DNA from: an uncultured virus (IMG/VR IMGVR_UViG_3300044637_002122)
Lineage: Duplodnaviria > Heunggongvirae > Uroviricota > Caudoviricetes
Direction: 5' to 3' (one strand)
IMG/VR virus record: IMGVR_UViG_3300044637_002122
DNA length: 22,633 nt
The position numbers and the translations under genes are program-made. A model generated the notes under the pieces. The model saw only the letters and a program-made list of their open reading frames with translations. It was not told where the DNA came from and searched no databases. The number at the start of each line of letters is the position of its first letter. Position 1 is the first letter of the stretch. This document shows, in pieces, positions 1 through 8,081 of this stretch.

Positions 1-2
1 CC

Positions 3-122
3 GTGATGGTGCTCAGCAAGATGGGCGTCCGCCATCGGTTCACGCGGCGAGGCGCCGGCTGGATCAACAAGGGCTGGTCGCTGCTGCCTGGCAGCCAGTA
101 CCGGCAGAACCCGGAGTTCTGA
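3..122 (+). CDS. 3' end of a hypothetical phage protein (likely truncated by the window edge)
   Basis: Open frame VMVLSKMGVRHRF...QNPEF* with GC3-rich codons; its TGA overlaps the ATG at 122. Confidence 0.5.
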   Translation: MMVLSKMGVRHRFTRRGAGWINKGWSLLPGSQYRQNPEF

Positions 123-361
123 TGATCTACGTCACCATCGAGACCCTCAAGGGCGGCCGGAAAGTGATCCGCCGCTCATGGGGCGGGACCAAGGCCTTCG
201 CGACACACGCGGCCGCCAACCGCAACACCAACATTTTCTTGGCTGCCGGCTGGAAGGCTGAGACCAAGTCCTTCGTCGACATCCCCGCCGCAGAGGCCTT
301 CGTGGCCGCGCACAACGCCACCCTCGTCACGGCGCGAGCGCGCGCCAAGGAGTACGCATGA
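122..361 (+). CDS. hypothetical phage protein
   Basis: 79 aa; stop/start overlaps on both sides; coding-like codon usage. Confidence 0.7.
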   Translation: MIYVTIETLKGGRKVIRRSWGGTKAFATHAAANRNTNIFLAAGWKAETKSFVDIPAAEAFVAAHNATLVTARARAKEYA

Positions 362-735
362 AGACCATCATCACGGCCCTGCTCGTCTCGGCCATCAGCA
401 ACCCGGTCATAAAGACCGAGGGAGGGGCCACCTTCGAAATCCTGGCCGACACGTCGGTGACTCGCGTCAACGATCTCGGAGCGACGCAGACGTCCTCGAT
501 CGTCGTCTTCACTCCAGCCGGCGGAAAGCCGACCGCAAAGGTCGCTGGAGTCCTCGGCTGCGGCAGCGGCAGCGGCGTGATCGTGCTGTTCGACCTGGCC
601 CACAACGTCGAGAGCGGGCCTCACAGCTGGCGCGCCGGCGGCCCCAGGGTGTTCGACGGCGTGGCCGAGGCTGCATGCTCCTCTGCCGCCCTCAATGCCA
701 ACAGGCTCCTGCGCGGCCGCGGAGGCATGGTGTGA
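358..735 (+). CDS. hypothetical exported protein
   Basis: ATGA overlap, AGGAG RBS, signal-peptide-like N-terminus MKTIITALLVSA. Confidence 0.7.
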   Translation: MKTIITALLVSAISNPVIKTEGGATFEILADTSVTRVNDLGATQTSSIVVFTPAGGKPTAKVAGVLGCGSGSGVIVLFDLAHNVESGPHSWRAGGPRVFDGVAEAACSSAALNANRLLRGRGGMV

Positions 736-1133
736 CTCGCAGGCGCTCCAGCAACGACGGATGCCTGAGCCCGCAGCGCAGCATCCTCGGCATCAGTCCA
801 GGGCTGCGGCGCAGCCTGTTGGCCAGCTTGCCGCCGACACCAAGGCCTGAGAAGACCCCCAAGAAGCCGGACGGTCGTCGCGGCGCCCCGCGCATCAAGG
901 AGCCGGACGAGGTGGTGCTGGAGGTGCGCCGCCTATGGGAGCAGGGCGGCCTGTCTCTGATGCAGATCAAGATCCACCTCTCCGCGCTTGGCGTGGAGAT
1001 CGACCGAGAGCGGATCCGCAATCTGTGCAACTACACTACGCGCTCGCACCTGGTCCCGCAGGCTGGTGCGTCGGCCTACTTCCCAACCCAGCAGGAGAAC
1101 CCATGCACGACCTCAACACCATCAACCGGCTGA
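732..1133 (+). CDS. hypothetical protein, possible HTH DNA-binding domain
   Basis: GTG at 732 overlaps the upstream TGA, GGAGG RBS; segment VLEVRRLWEQGGLSLMQIK...RERIRNL is HTH-like. Confidence 0.6.
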   Translation: MTRRRSSNDGCLSPQRSILGISPGLRRSLLASLPPTPRPEKTPKKPDGRRGAPRIKEPDEVVLEVRRLWEQGGLSLMQIKIHLSALGVEIDRERIRNLCNYTTRSHLVPQAGASAYFPTQQENPCTTSTPSTG

Positions 1134-1327
1134 ACAGAGAGCACTGGGCGGCCAACGCCGCAGCAGCCGCCAAGGCCGCCGGCCAGCACTTCATCGCCAA
1201 GTACGACGGGCTTCACCTCGTCGACGGCGAGGCGGTCGCCGGCGCCGAAGCGGCTGCCGCGCGCCGAGACGACCTGGCCAAGGCGGCGATGATCGGCGAG
1301 ACCTTCAAGGTGATCGCGCCGCACTGA
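1103..1327 (+). CDS. hypothetical phage protein
   Basis: AGGAG RBS before ATG 1103 (MHDLNTINRLN...); converges on and overlaps the - strand operon end. Confidence 0.7.
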   Translation: MHDLNTINRLNREHWAANAAAAAKAAGQHFIAKYDGLHLVDGEAVAGAEAAAARRDDLAKAAMIGETFKVIAPH

Positions 1328-1820
1328 ACGCGGCGATCCGCTCGAGCGCCCACCTGGCCGCCTCTCGGTCTCTCGACCTGGCCAGGATGTCGGCGGCGAG
1401 AGCCTCCAGCGCGGCGACCTGCCGCCCGAAAGCCGCCTCATGGGCGGCTTCTTTCTGCGCGGCCGATGCGGAGCCGGAGTCGAGCCACGCATGGCACGAC
1501 CAGCACGCCCAGACGGCGCCGACGGCGTCGCTGGCCTTCAGGGCCCCGCCCTTGCCGTGGATGGACCTGTTGCTGTGCGCCAGGACCGTCGTGGCCGGAT
1601 CGGCGCAGCAGACGCCCGGCAGGGCCATCATGCATGGCCGGCCGCGGGCCAGGTCGCGGTACGCCTGGCTGCGGTCCACGCCGGCCTTGGGCACCGGCCG
1701 AGGCGGCGTGATGAGTGCTGCCGACGCCTGCGCCGGCGCGCGCGGCCGCGGCGTGTAGTCGATCTGCTTGGCCTCGCGGCGCGGCGGGGCCTTGGGCTTG
1801 AGGCCAGAGCGCCTCAGCAT
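1305..1820 (-). CDS. DUF1364 / YbcO-like putative nuclease
   Basis: Motifs RGRPC...PGVC...TTVLAH...GKG..LKASD...WACWSCH. Confidence 0.8.
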   Translation of the reverse strand: MLRRSGLKPKAPPRREAKQIDYTPRPRAPAQASAALITPPRPVPKAGVDRSQAYRDLARGRPCMMALPGVCCADPATTVLAHSNRSIHGKGGALKASDAVGAVWACWSCHAWLDSGSASAAQKEAAHEAAFGRQVAALEALAADILARSRDREAARWALERIAAFSAARSP

Positions 1821-2200
1821 CTCAATCCGAGGTAGTTTTGGATGGCTTCCGCGGCCCTCGTCCAGTCGTCAAACCACTCTGCGCGATGACCGGCAAGCCG
1901 CATCGCCTCAAGCCAAGCCCGCTGCTTGGCGCTGGGCTTCTCTCCTGGGGCCTTCATTTCTAGCCAGAATGATCCGAAGCCTTGGCGGCGAAGCGGCAGC
2001 AGCAGATCGCTCACACCAGCCTTTGCCCCCTCGGCCTTCAGGCGCGCGGCCTCGCGTGGGTTGCGCTTTCCACCCATGGGGATTGCCAGCAACAGGTCCC
2101 CAACGGTGGACCCCGGGGCCACATCATCCGCCGCGGGCAGCTTTACAGCGTTTGCCCAGGCAACAAGAGCGACTTGGTGCTCGTGCTCAACGTGCCGCAC
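1814..2200 (-). CDS. VRR-NUC domain nuclease
   Basis: EHEHQ...AIPMGGKR...LKAEG.KAGVSDL...LEMK...S.KQ..W motif set. Confidence 0.85.
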   Translation of the reverse strand: MRHVEHEHQVALVAWANAVKLPAADDVAPGSTVGDLLLAIPMGGKRNPREAARLKAEGAKAGVSDLLLPLRRQGFGSFWLEMKAPGEKPSAKQRAWLEAMRLAGHRAEWFDDWTRAAEAIQNYLGLRC

Positions 2201-2876
2201 GATTGGCCCCCCGCGTCGTCAGAGCCCTCTCAATGGGCCACCCGCTGGACAGGCGGTCGCGCAGCGACTCTCGGCTTATGCCAAGCTCGTTCGCCCAATC
2301 CGTCACCGTCATCTTCCTTCCGTCGAACTCGTAGACTCGAGTCCAGCTGGGGCGGTTTGTCGACTGCTCCTTTGGCGTCGCCCATCGACAGTTTCCGGGC
2401 TCATAGTTGCCGTCGTTGTTGATTCTGTCGAGCGAGTGGACTGGGCTTGGCTTCGGACCCATGTCACTCAGAAACGCCTCGAAGCTGCGAAGCCATCTGT
2501 CGCACATGCGAATGCCGCGACCTCCCCACTCAGAGAACCGCGGATGGCTTTTCCGGTAGCAGCGAGCCTTAGCCTGACACCAGGCGCTGTACTCTGGCGA
2601 CTTAGAGAGGCCGTGTCTCCTCATGCGTGCGCTGGATAAAGCCCTCATTGCGCAGCCGCAGCTGTAAACGGATCCGCTCAGCACGTTCCTGTACGAGATG
2701 AGCTTCAATGACCCGCAGTCACACCGGAAGAGCGTCTTTACATCGCCCGGCTTGCGCGACTCCTCGACAGTCAACATCCCGAACCTAGCGCCAAGTACGA
2801 TGTCGTTGGCGCCGCCGAGGCGCGGTGCCTGCTTCTCCATGGCGCGCGGCTTAGGCGGCAGGCCCGTTGAGCGCAC
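2187..2876 (-). CDS. HNH homing-endonuclease-like protein (start could be ATG 2840)
   Basis: CDCG...SCGC, GGRGI.MCDRW..SFEAFL.DMG, SLDRINNDGNYEPGNCRWAT. Confidence 0.85.
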   Translation of the reverse strand: MRSTGLPPKPRAMEKQAPRLGGANDIVLGARFGMLTVEESRKPGDVKTLFRCDCGSLKLISYRNVLSGSVYSCGCAMRALSSARMRRHGLSKSPEYSAWCQAKARCYRKSHPRFSEWGGRGIRMCDRWLRSFEAFLSDMGPKPSPVHSLDRINNDGNYEPGNCRWATPKEQSTNRPSWTRVYEFDGRKMTVTDWANELGISRESLRDRLSSGWPIERALTTRGANRAAR

Positions 2877-3135
2877 GTTCTACGGAGGTGCTGGCCTTGA
2901 AGATGGCCGCGCGGCGCGGGGGCACGATTACGGGCTCGCCGGTGCGGATGTTCCGGGCCTTCTTCTCGCCACGACTGGAGACGACCAGCTTGCCCAGGCC
3001 GAACAGGAAGACCTCGGAGCCCTCGGACAGCGCCTCTCGGGCAGCGTCCGCGGCGGCGTCCAGCACCGACCGCGCAACATCCTGGCTGCACCCAGCATCG
3101 GATGCGACCCGGGCAATCAACTCGTTCTTCTTCAT
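2851..3135 (-). CDS. HU/IHF family DNA-binding protein
   Basis: MKKNELIARVA...GLGKL...R.EKKARNIRTGE.VIVP.RRAAIFKAS. Confidence 0.9.
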   Translation of the reverse strand: MKKNELIARVASDAGCSQDVARSVLDAAADAAREALSEGSEVFLFGLGKLVVSSRGEKKARNIRTGEPVIVPPRRAAIFKASTSVERALNGPAA

Positions 3136-3138
3136 AGG

Positions 3139-3151
3139 CAACAGAAAGTTG
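3139..3151. promoter_or_regulatory. palindromic operator CAAC-N5-GTTG just downstream of an extended -10 (TGcTATAAG, - strand) of the HU gene
   Basis: CAACAGAAAGTTG; the same motif recurs at other promoter-like sites. Confidence 0.6.
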
Positions 3152-3173
3152 TGTTGCCCGCTTATAGCACAGC

Positions 3174-3644
3174 TCAGTCGAACTCGAGCACCTGGTCTAC
3201 GTAGCGCCGAAGCCCCTCATCGGTCACGCTGGTGCCCACGAGGACCTTCTGCAGCAGCACGTTGATCACCTCGCTGTAGAGCTTCTCGAAGCCATCCTCG
3301 TCCAAGCCCGCGAACGAGATCGTCTTCGGCTCCAGGCGCATCTCTCCGGAGATGGTCCAGACCGGCTCGTAGTGGCCGGCCATGATCTGCACCTCCCTGC
3401 GGAAGCGATCGAACGTGGTCACCACCTCGCGGCCGCGCCACACGCGCTCTGGCATAAGCTCGCGCCATACGCCGTAGGCGTAGTTCAGCAAGGCCATGTA
3501 CTTGCGATGAAACTTGGGGTTCCTGACGCGGTTGATCTTGACGCGCAAGACGGCGCCGGTCTTGATCGAGCGAAGCGCTTCTTCAGCCGCCTCCTCCATC
3601 GGGATCAGCGCGCCTCGCGGGCCCTTTTGAACGAGGATCTCCAT
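3174..3644 (-). CDS. DUF1367 family protein
   Basis: RNPKFHRKYMALL...FDRFR..V.I.AGHY...PKTISFA.LDEDGFEKLY. Confidence 0.85.
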   Translation of the reverse strand: MEILVQKGPRGALIPMEEAAEEALRSIKTGAVLRVKINRVRNPKFHRKYMALLNYAYGVWRELMPERVWRGREVVTTFDRFRREVQIMAGHYEPVWTISGEMRLEPKTISFAGLDEDGFEKLYSEVINVLLQKVLVGTSVTDEGLRRYVDQVLEFD

Positions 3645-3846
3645 CGATCACCTCCAGTAGCTTGATCCCGTCGTACTCACTACGATCAACGAGTACCGCT
3701 CCGACAGCGCCACCGACACAGACAGCCACCAGAACCTTCTGACGCCCGACCTCGGTCCACACTCCAATACCGCCAAGCGGCGCAGCCTTGGCGGCCTTGT
3801 CGCAGGCCGCAGCAACCGCCTCGGCAAGCGCATCAGGCCTCGACAC
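3583..3846 (-). CDS. hypothetical protein
   Basis: 87 aa filling the gap in the operon and overlapping both neighbours. Confidence 0.55.
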   Translation of the reverse strand: MSRPDALAEAVAAACDKAAKAAPLGGIGVWTEVGRQKVLVAVCVGGAVGAVLVDRSEYDGIKLLEVIDGDPRSKGPARRADPDGGGG

Positions 3847-4123
3847 CGCTTGACTTCAGCTTCGCGTCCGCCATCCCGAACGGCCGCTTCGGCTGGACGG
3901 CATACCTAGCCTGAGGGGCGCGAACGCCATCGACATCCACGAAGTCGATGATGTAGATCACCCCATGCTCGCGGCCGCGCAGGATGTAGTTGTAGATGGT
4001 GTCCGGCTTGTAGCCAGTGGCCTCAATCAGCTCGGCCGCAGTCATGGGCCGCGGCAACAGCAGCGCCATCGTGGCGAAGAGCTTTCCAATGAATCCGGCC
4101 GGAGCCGCATGCGGTGTGGTCAA
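3833..4123 (-). CDS. winged-HTH-like hypothetical protein
   Basis: TTG start overlapping the DnaC stop, AAGGAG RBS; PMTAAELIEATGYKPDTIYNYI. Confidence 0.65.
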   Translation of the reverse strand: MTTPHAAPAGFIGKLFATMALLLPRPMTAAELIEATGYKPDTIYNYILRGREHGVIYIIDFVDVDGVRAPQARYAVQPKRPFGMADAKLKSSGVEA

Positions 4124-4932
4124 GACTGACTCCTTGCTTTCGGTCTGTAGCTCTCCCAGTTGCACTGCACCCATCGAGAGGTCTCGCGCAGTCGGTCGAA
4201 GAGGCGGTCCCCGATCGCGGCCTGCATGGCCTGGTGGTCGAGGTTCGTGAGCAGGATCGTGGGAGCGCAGTCGCGGTAGCGGCCGTCCAGCACGTCGTAG
4301 AGGACCTGGTGCTCGTTGTCTGTGCCCGACTGCACTCCGATCTCGTCCAGCACCAGCAGGTCCAGGTTGCGCAGGCTGTCGATCATCTGGCCGGTGCTCA
4401 TCGGCGAGTCGCGCCGCCAGGTGTCGCGCACGCCGCGCACGACGTCGCTGACGGTGGCGTAGAGCGCCGATCGCAGCGGGCTGATGTGCTGGATGATCGC
4501 GGCGGCCAGGTGGCTCTTGCCTGTGCCCATGCCGCCGGCGAGCGTCAGCCCGGTGCCGACCTTGCGGTGCTCGGCGAAGTCCTCGGCATAGGACCGGCAG
4601 ATGCTTAGGGCCAATCGTTGCTTCTCGGTGTCTGCCGCGTAGGTTTCGAAGGTTTTGCCAACGAACCGCTTCGGCACGCGGGCCACGGAGAGGGCCTTGG
4701 CGGCTTCGTCGGCGTCGCGCGAGGCTCGGTCCAGCTGGCGCTGGCGATCGGCATCCGAGGCGGCCTGGCGGGCCTTCTCGGCCTCACACTGCGGGCACGC
4801 GGAGAAGCGGTCCTTGCCGCCGATGCTCCATGCCCTGGCCCGGTACTCGCCGTGGGCTGGACACGTCGCCACCGTGTCGCGGCCAGCCAAGCCTCCGAGC
4901 AGCTGGCCGACGGGCTTAGAGGATGCGTCCAT
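4120..4932 (-). CDS. DnaC/IstB-like AAA+ helicase loader
   Basis: Zn motif CPAH..CPQC, Walker A GGMGTGKS, Walker B LLVLDE, R.FDRL. Confidence 0.9.
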   Translation of the reverse strand: MDASSKPVGQLLGGLAGRDTVATCPAHGEYRARAWSIGGKDRFSACPQCEAEKARQAASDADRQRQLDRASRDADEAAKALSVARVPKRFVGKTFETYAADTEKQRLALSICRSYAEDFAEHRKVGTGLTLAGGMGTGKSHLAAAIIQHISPLRSALYATVSDVVRGVRDTWRRDSPMSTGQMIDSLRNLDLLVLDEIGVQSGTDNEHQVLYDVLDGRYRDCAPTILLTNLDHQAMQAAIGDRLFDRLRETSRWVQCNWESYRPKARSQS

Positions 4933-5752
4933 CTTCGCCGATCCCTTCTTCGTAGTTCATGCCGGCGATGGACTTCGAGGAGCCGGGTTTGGTTCCGCTG
5001 CTGATCCAATTCTCCGAATACCTCTCCTTGGGGCCGAAGAACGTCGCCGCGTGCATGACGAAGCGGGGCTCCTTGCGCTCTGCAACGCACCACGCCGCGT
5101 AGCGAGAAACAGCGGCCAAGAGCGCTTCTGCCGGCACCCCCTCCTTGAGCCGGGCGCCCCACGCCATGAACGCCGCCTTCTTGCTGCCGCCAGACTCAGG
5201 GTATGCATCCCATGCAGCCTCGAACTCTGGCGAGTACCCGCCGCGCGAGACTGTCTTTTTCCCCGAAGGGGAAGATGAAGATGAAGAAGAAGATGAAGGG
5301 GGGGGTTCTAAGGGGGGTTCTTTGGCGATCTCGAAGGGGGGTTCAGACCCCCCCTTATCGGAAGGCGGGCGCCCCCCTTTTGCGCCATGCTCTGCCCCCT
5401 TGTATCCGTGATGGGCGCCCTCCTTGCCGCCCTCCGCTCGGCGATTCCTGATGTCTTCGTCTCGCACCATGCGGCGGCTGAAGAAGGCGCCATCATCCGA
5501 GGTCGAGACAACGCCGGCCGACAGAAGCTCGTCCAGCAGCTCCTGGCACTCAGCCGCAGAGACCCCGACAAGACGCCCGATCTGCGCGGCTGTCATCGGG
5601 CGGCCGTTGATCATCAGGTGGCCATAGGGCTCACACTCGTGCGCAATGCAGAGCATGTTTACCCATAGGCCCTGCGCGGCTAGGCTGCAAGATTGCAAGG
5701 CTGCATCCTTCCTCCAGTCGGCTGGATAGAACTGAAAAGCGGGCCGCTTCAT
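4916..5752 (-). CDS. phage replication initiator protein
   Basis: KRPAFQFYPADW N-terminus, low-complexity linker, FEAAWDAYP...SKKAAF.AW...HAATFFGP C-terminus; directly upstream of the DnaC-like gene. Confidence 0.85.
   Translation of the reverse strand: MKRPAFQFYPADWRKDAALQSCSLAAQGLWVNMLCIAHECEPYGHLMINGRPMTAAQIGRLVGVSAAECQELLDELLSAGVVSTSDDGAFFSRRMVRDEDIRNRRAEGGKEGAHHGYKGAEHGAKGGRPPSDKGGSEPPFEIAKEPPLEPPPSSSSSSSSSPSGKKTVSRGGYSPEFEAAWDAYPESGGSKKAAFMAWGARLKEGVPAEALLAAVSRYAAWCVAERKEPRFVMHAATFFGPKERYSENWISSGTKPGSSKSIAGMNYEEGIGEDGRIL
5296..5401. repeat. iteron-like repeats, putative replication origin inside the initiator gene
   Basis: AAGGGGGG(GG)TTC at 5296, 5310, 5334; inverted CCCCC(C)TT copies at about 5346, 5371, 5394. 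Confidence 0.55.
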
Positions 5753-6258
5753 GCCGGCTCCTTGGGGACGCAGAACCGCGCATGGTCAAGGATTGGCCAA
5801 GACAAGCCCTGGCCCGACCAGTGGCGGGCGTCTTGCAACTCCGGGTGAACAAACCGAGGCCTCGGGTCCAAAGAGCACTCGTCTTCATCGTGCCAGGGGT
5901 TGAAGTTGAACCAGCCCTCAGACCCAAGCTCAAGCATGGTGTGCACATCGCCACCGACCGCCACAGCCGCAGGGTGCCGCATGATGGCAAGAGCCAGCCA
6001 GTTGGCGCTCTTGCACCGAAAGAACTCGCGCTGCTGGTTGTGGCGAAACATTGACAGGTCGGTGTGCAGCGTCCGCTCCATCGGCTCGGCGTCCGAGACG
6101 TATGCGTACGCAAGCAATCGAAACGGTGACGGGCAGGCTGTGGCCCTGTAGAGCTCCTCGCACCTGGTGCGAGGATCTCGAACGGTGTGGCCGATTTTGT
6201 ATAGGCCCGGCATCGCTTGGTTCCTGAGTGCGTACAGGAAACCGTCTTTCCTACTCAT
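5749..6258 (-). CDS. T5orf172 / GIY-YIG domain protein
   Basis: GFLYAL.N.AMPGLYKIG.T...P..R..EL...T..P.PF...ER.LH.......REFF. Confidence 0.85.
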   Translation of the reverse strand: MSRKDGFLYALRNQAMPGLYKIGHTVRDPRTRCEELYRATACPSPFRLLAYAYVSDAEPMERTLHTDLSMFRHNQQREFFRCKSANWLALAIMRHPAAVAVGGDVHTMLELGSEGWFNFNPWHDEDECSLDPRPRFVHPELQDARHWSGQGLSWPILDHARFCVPKEPA

Positions 6259-6266
6259 AGATCACT

Positions 6267-6350
6267 TTCTGCCCACTGGTGGGGGCGCTTGGCCCCGCCA
6301 CGGTGGAACGACGGTGCTCTTGCGAGCATCGCCCCCACCAGTGGGCAGAA
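6267..6350 (-). ncRNA. C4-like antisense RNA (three-way junction)
   Basis: Perfect 21-bp closing stem 6267-6287/6330-6350; inner TGCTC-GCAA-GAGCA GNRA hairpin on the - strand; second hairpin with TTCCACCG loop; 7-nt complements found just upstream. Confidence 0.6.
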
Positions 6351-6431
6351 CCACCGTTGCGTCGGCGTTGCCTCTGATCGCCTGCCGACATCAGCACCCA
6401 CTCTCTCGGCCAAGTTCGAGTGGGCGCGCGG

Positions 6432-6453
6432 ATTCTAGATCAACTTTTTGTTG
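6432..6453 (-). promoter_or_regulatory. putative promoter (-10 TAGAAT) with CAAC-N5-GTTG operator
   Basis: CAACTTTTTGTTG at 6441-6453; TAGAAT on the - strand at 6437-6432. Confidence 0.55.
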
Positions 6454-6958
6454 GCGCCAGCAGCCAGCACCGATACCCGCCAACGACCATGTCATCGCCG
6501 CCGAGCTGCGCGACGACGAGCCTCCCGTCGCGCTGTAGCTCAACGGTGCGCCGGGCCACCTGCACGACCGTGAGGCCGGAGCGCGCCGCGATCTCTGCGG
6601 TGCTCAGTGGCTGGGTGTCGCTGCAGATCCTCAGGATCCGTTGCGAGTGCGAGCCGGCGAATGCCGAGGCGCGCTCGGCCGCAGCCATGCTCGTGCCGGG
6701 GTCGTGCGCGCGGACGCGCAGGCGAGCGTCGTTGTCGACGGGCGTTGATGAGTGCTGCGCGTCGGGCTCGGCCGGCGGGCGCCAGCCAAGGCAGATCAAG
6801 GCGTCGCGCACGGCCTTGTCGCGCAGACTGATAACCATGCGGGCGTGCCGCGTCTCGACCTCGCGCCTGGGCCAGACGCTGGCCTTATCGATCTCCTCGA
6901 TCTCGATGGTCTGAGCCGCGAAGTTCACCTTGGGCGTGATGATCGTCTCGATCTTCAT
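6440..6958 (-). CDS. protein with C-terminal winged-HTH
   Basis: R.HDPGTS..AA...LSTAEIAARSGL....VARR..EL.R.G. Confidence 0.7.
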   Translation of the reverse strand: MKIETIITPKVNFAAQTIEIEEIDKASVWPRREVETRHARMVISLRDKAVRDALICLGWRPPAEPDAQHSSTPVDNDARLRVRAHDPGTSMAAAERASAFAGSHSQRILRICSDTQPLSTAEIAARSGLTVVQVARRTVELQRDGRLVVAQLGGDDMVVGGYRCWLLAPTKS

Positions 6959-7314
6959 GCCGCACCCTTCGTGACCGCGGTCACGCGGACACCAAGCCAG
7001 CCAAGACGCTCGGCCAACGCGCGGGCGGCGGCGGCCGCGGCCTCCGTCTCGTAGGGCTTCGAGCGAACCTTGGTGGGCCTCGTGTCCCGCATGAAGCGGT
7101 CAAGGTCCCACGGCAGCGGGGCCCTGCCCTGCCCACGAAGGCGCTCACCGAGTTGGTCGTGCGCAACACGACCAGCCTCGATCTGCTCCCGCGGGTAGCC
7201 CGTCACCAGCCAGCCCTTGTGAAAGACCTCTTGTTGTCTGCGGGGTTGCCGCTTGGCCTCCTTGCCCCCGGAGAGCGCCGGAATCGGCTGCCCAAGGTGG
7301 TTCACAAACTCCAT
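6955..7314 (-). CDS. hypothetical protein divergent from the repressor
   Basis: AAGGAG RBS before ATG 7314 (MEFVNHLGQ); ATGA overlap with the next gene. Confidence 0.7.
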   Translation of the reverse strand: MEFVNHLGQPIPALSGGKEAKRQPRRQQEVFHKGWLVTGYPREQIEAGRVAHDQLGERLRGQGRAPLPWDLDRFMRDTRPTKVRSKPYETEAAAAAARALAERLGWLGVRVTAVTKGAA

Positions 7315-7408
7315 TCGATCTCCTTGTAGTTGCGACCTCATTGTAGTCAACAAAAAGTTCGCTTGCCAACAGAACATGAGGTTGGCACCCTTCGAACAGG
7401 AGGGAACA
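7315..7408. promoter_or_regulatory. divergent control region with two near-consensus operators
   Basis: AT-richer gap; CAACAAAAAGTTC 7348-7360 and GAACATGAGGTTG 7372-7384. Confidence 0.55.
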
Positions 7409-7870
7409 ATGAAGATCAAGGATCAAATTCGCGCTAGGCGCGAGCAGCAGGGTATGAGCATCACCCAGCTTGCCGGCGACCTCGGCGTGAGCGACCAGGC
7501 TGTTAGGTACTGGGAGGCCGGTCGCAGCAACCCGGGAAAGAAGATCGCTCAGCGCTTGGAAGAGCGGCTCTCATTCCAGTTGGACTGGACGGAGGGCGCC
7601 AGGCACTCGGGTGACAGACAGACGATGAACGCCCTCATCGACCAGCAGGACATTGACCTCCTGTTGGTCATCTGCAGGCTGCCATTCGACGCGAAGACCC
7701 TGATCGGGGAGTTCGCGCGGATGCACCTTCGGGCCCTGGAGGGACGAGTAGTAGAGACCCGGGAGACCACCTCGCCAGTGCCGCCATTCCTAGAGCGCAA
7801 GCAGGAGCTGAGAAGTGCCAGATCGAAGAGTGAACAAGCCCACAATCGCAATCGCAGAAAGACGGGCTGA
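7409..7870 (+). CDS. XRE-family HTH repressor
   Basis: AGGAGG RBS; IRARREQQGMSITQLAGDLGVSDQAVRYWEAGRSNP. Confidence 0.85.
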   Translation: MKIKDQIRARREQQGMSITQLAGDLGVSDQAVRYWEAGRSNPGKKIAQRLEERLSFQLDWTEGARHSGDRQTMNALIDQQDIDLLLVICRLPFDAKTLIGEFARMHLRALEGRVVETRETTSPVPPFLERKQELRSARSKSEQAHNRNRRKTG

Positions 7871-8057
7871 TGCAGCAACCATCGCGCAGCTGACGAAGCT
7901 GCTGGATGACGCAAAAAGGGGGGACCTTTCTGGGGCCATTGTGGCCGCGCACTACGGCGGCCGCGAGTATGCATACATGGGATCTGGGTCACTGTGCCAG
8001 GACCCGCGGCTCGGGCTGCACGCGGCACTGACCCTTGCCAAAAAAATGTTGCCTTAG
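7815..8057 (+). CDS. hypothetical protein
   Basis: AGGAG 7 nt before GTG 7815; 80 aa overlapping the repressor 3' end. Confidence 0.65.
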   Translation: MPDRRVNKPTIAIAERRADAATIAQLTKLLDDAKRGDLSGAIVAAHYGGREYAYMGSGSLCQDPRLGLHAALTLAKKMLP

Positions 8058-8076
8058 CAACCGAAGAGTGTATAGT
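8039..8076 (+). promoter_or_regulatory. sigma70-type promoter with overlapping operator variant
   Basis: TTGCCT (8049-8054), 16 nt, TATAGT (8071-8076); A-tract upstream; CAAAAAAATGTTG at 8039-8051. Confidence 0.65.
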
Positions 8077-8081
8077 CACGC

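Noticed and set aside
7348..7384. Operators as LexA boxes
   Set aside because: They match none of CTGT-N8-ACAG, GAAC-N4-GTTC or GTTC-N7-GTTC.
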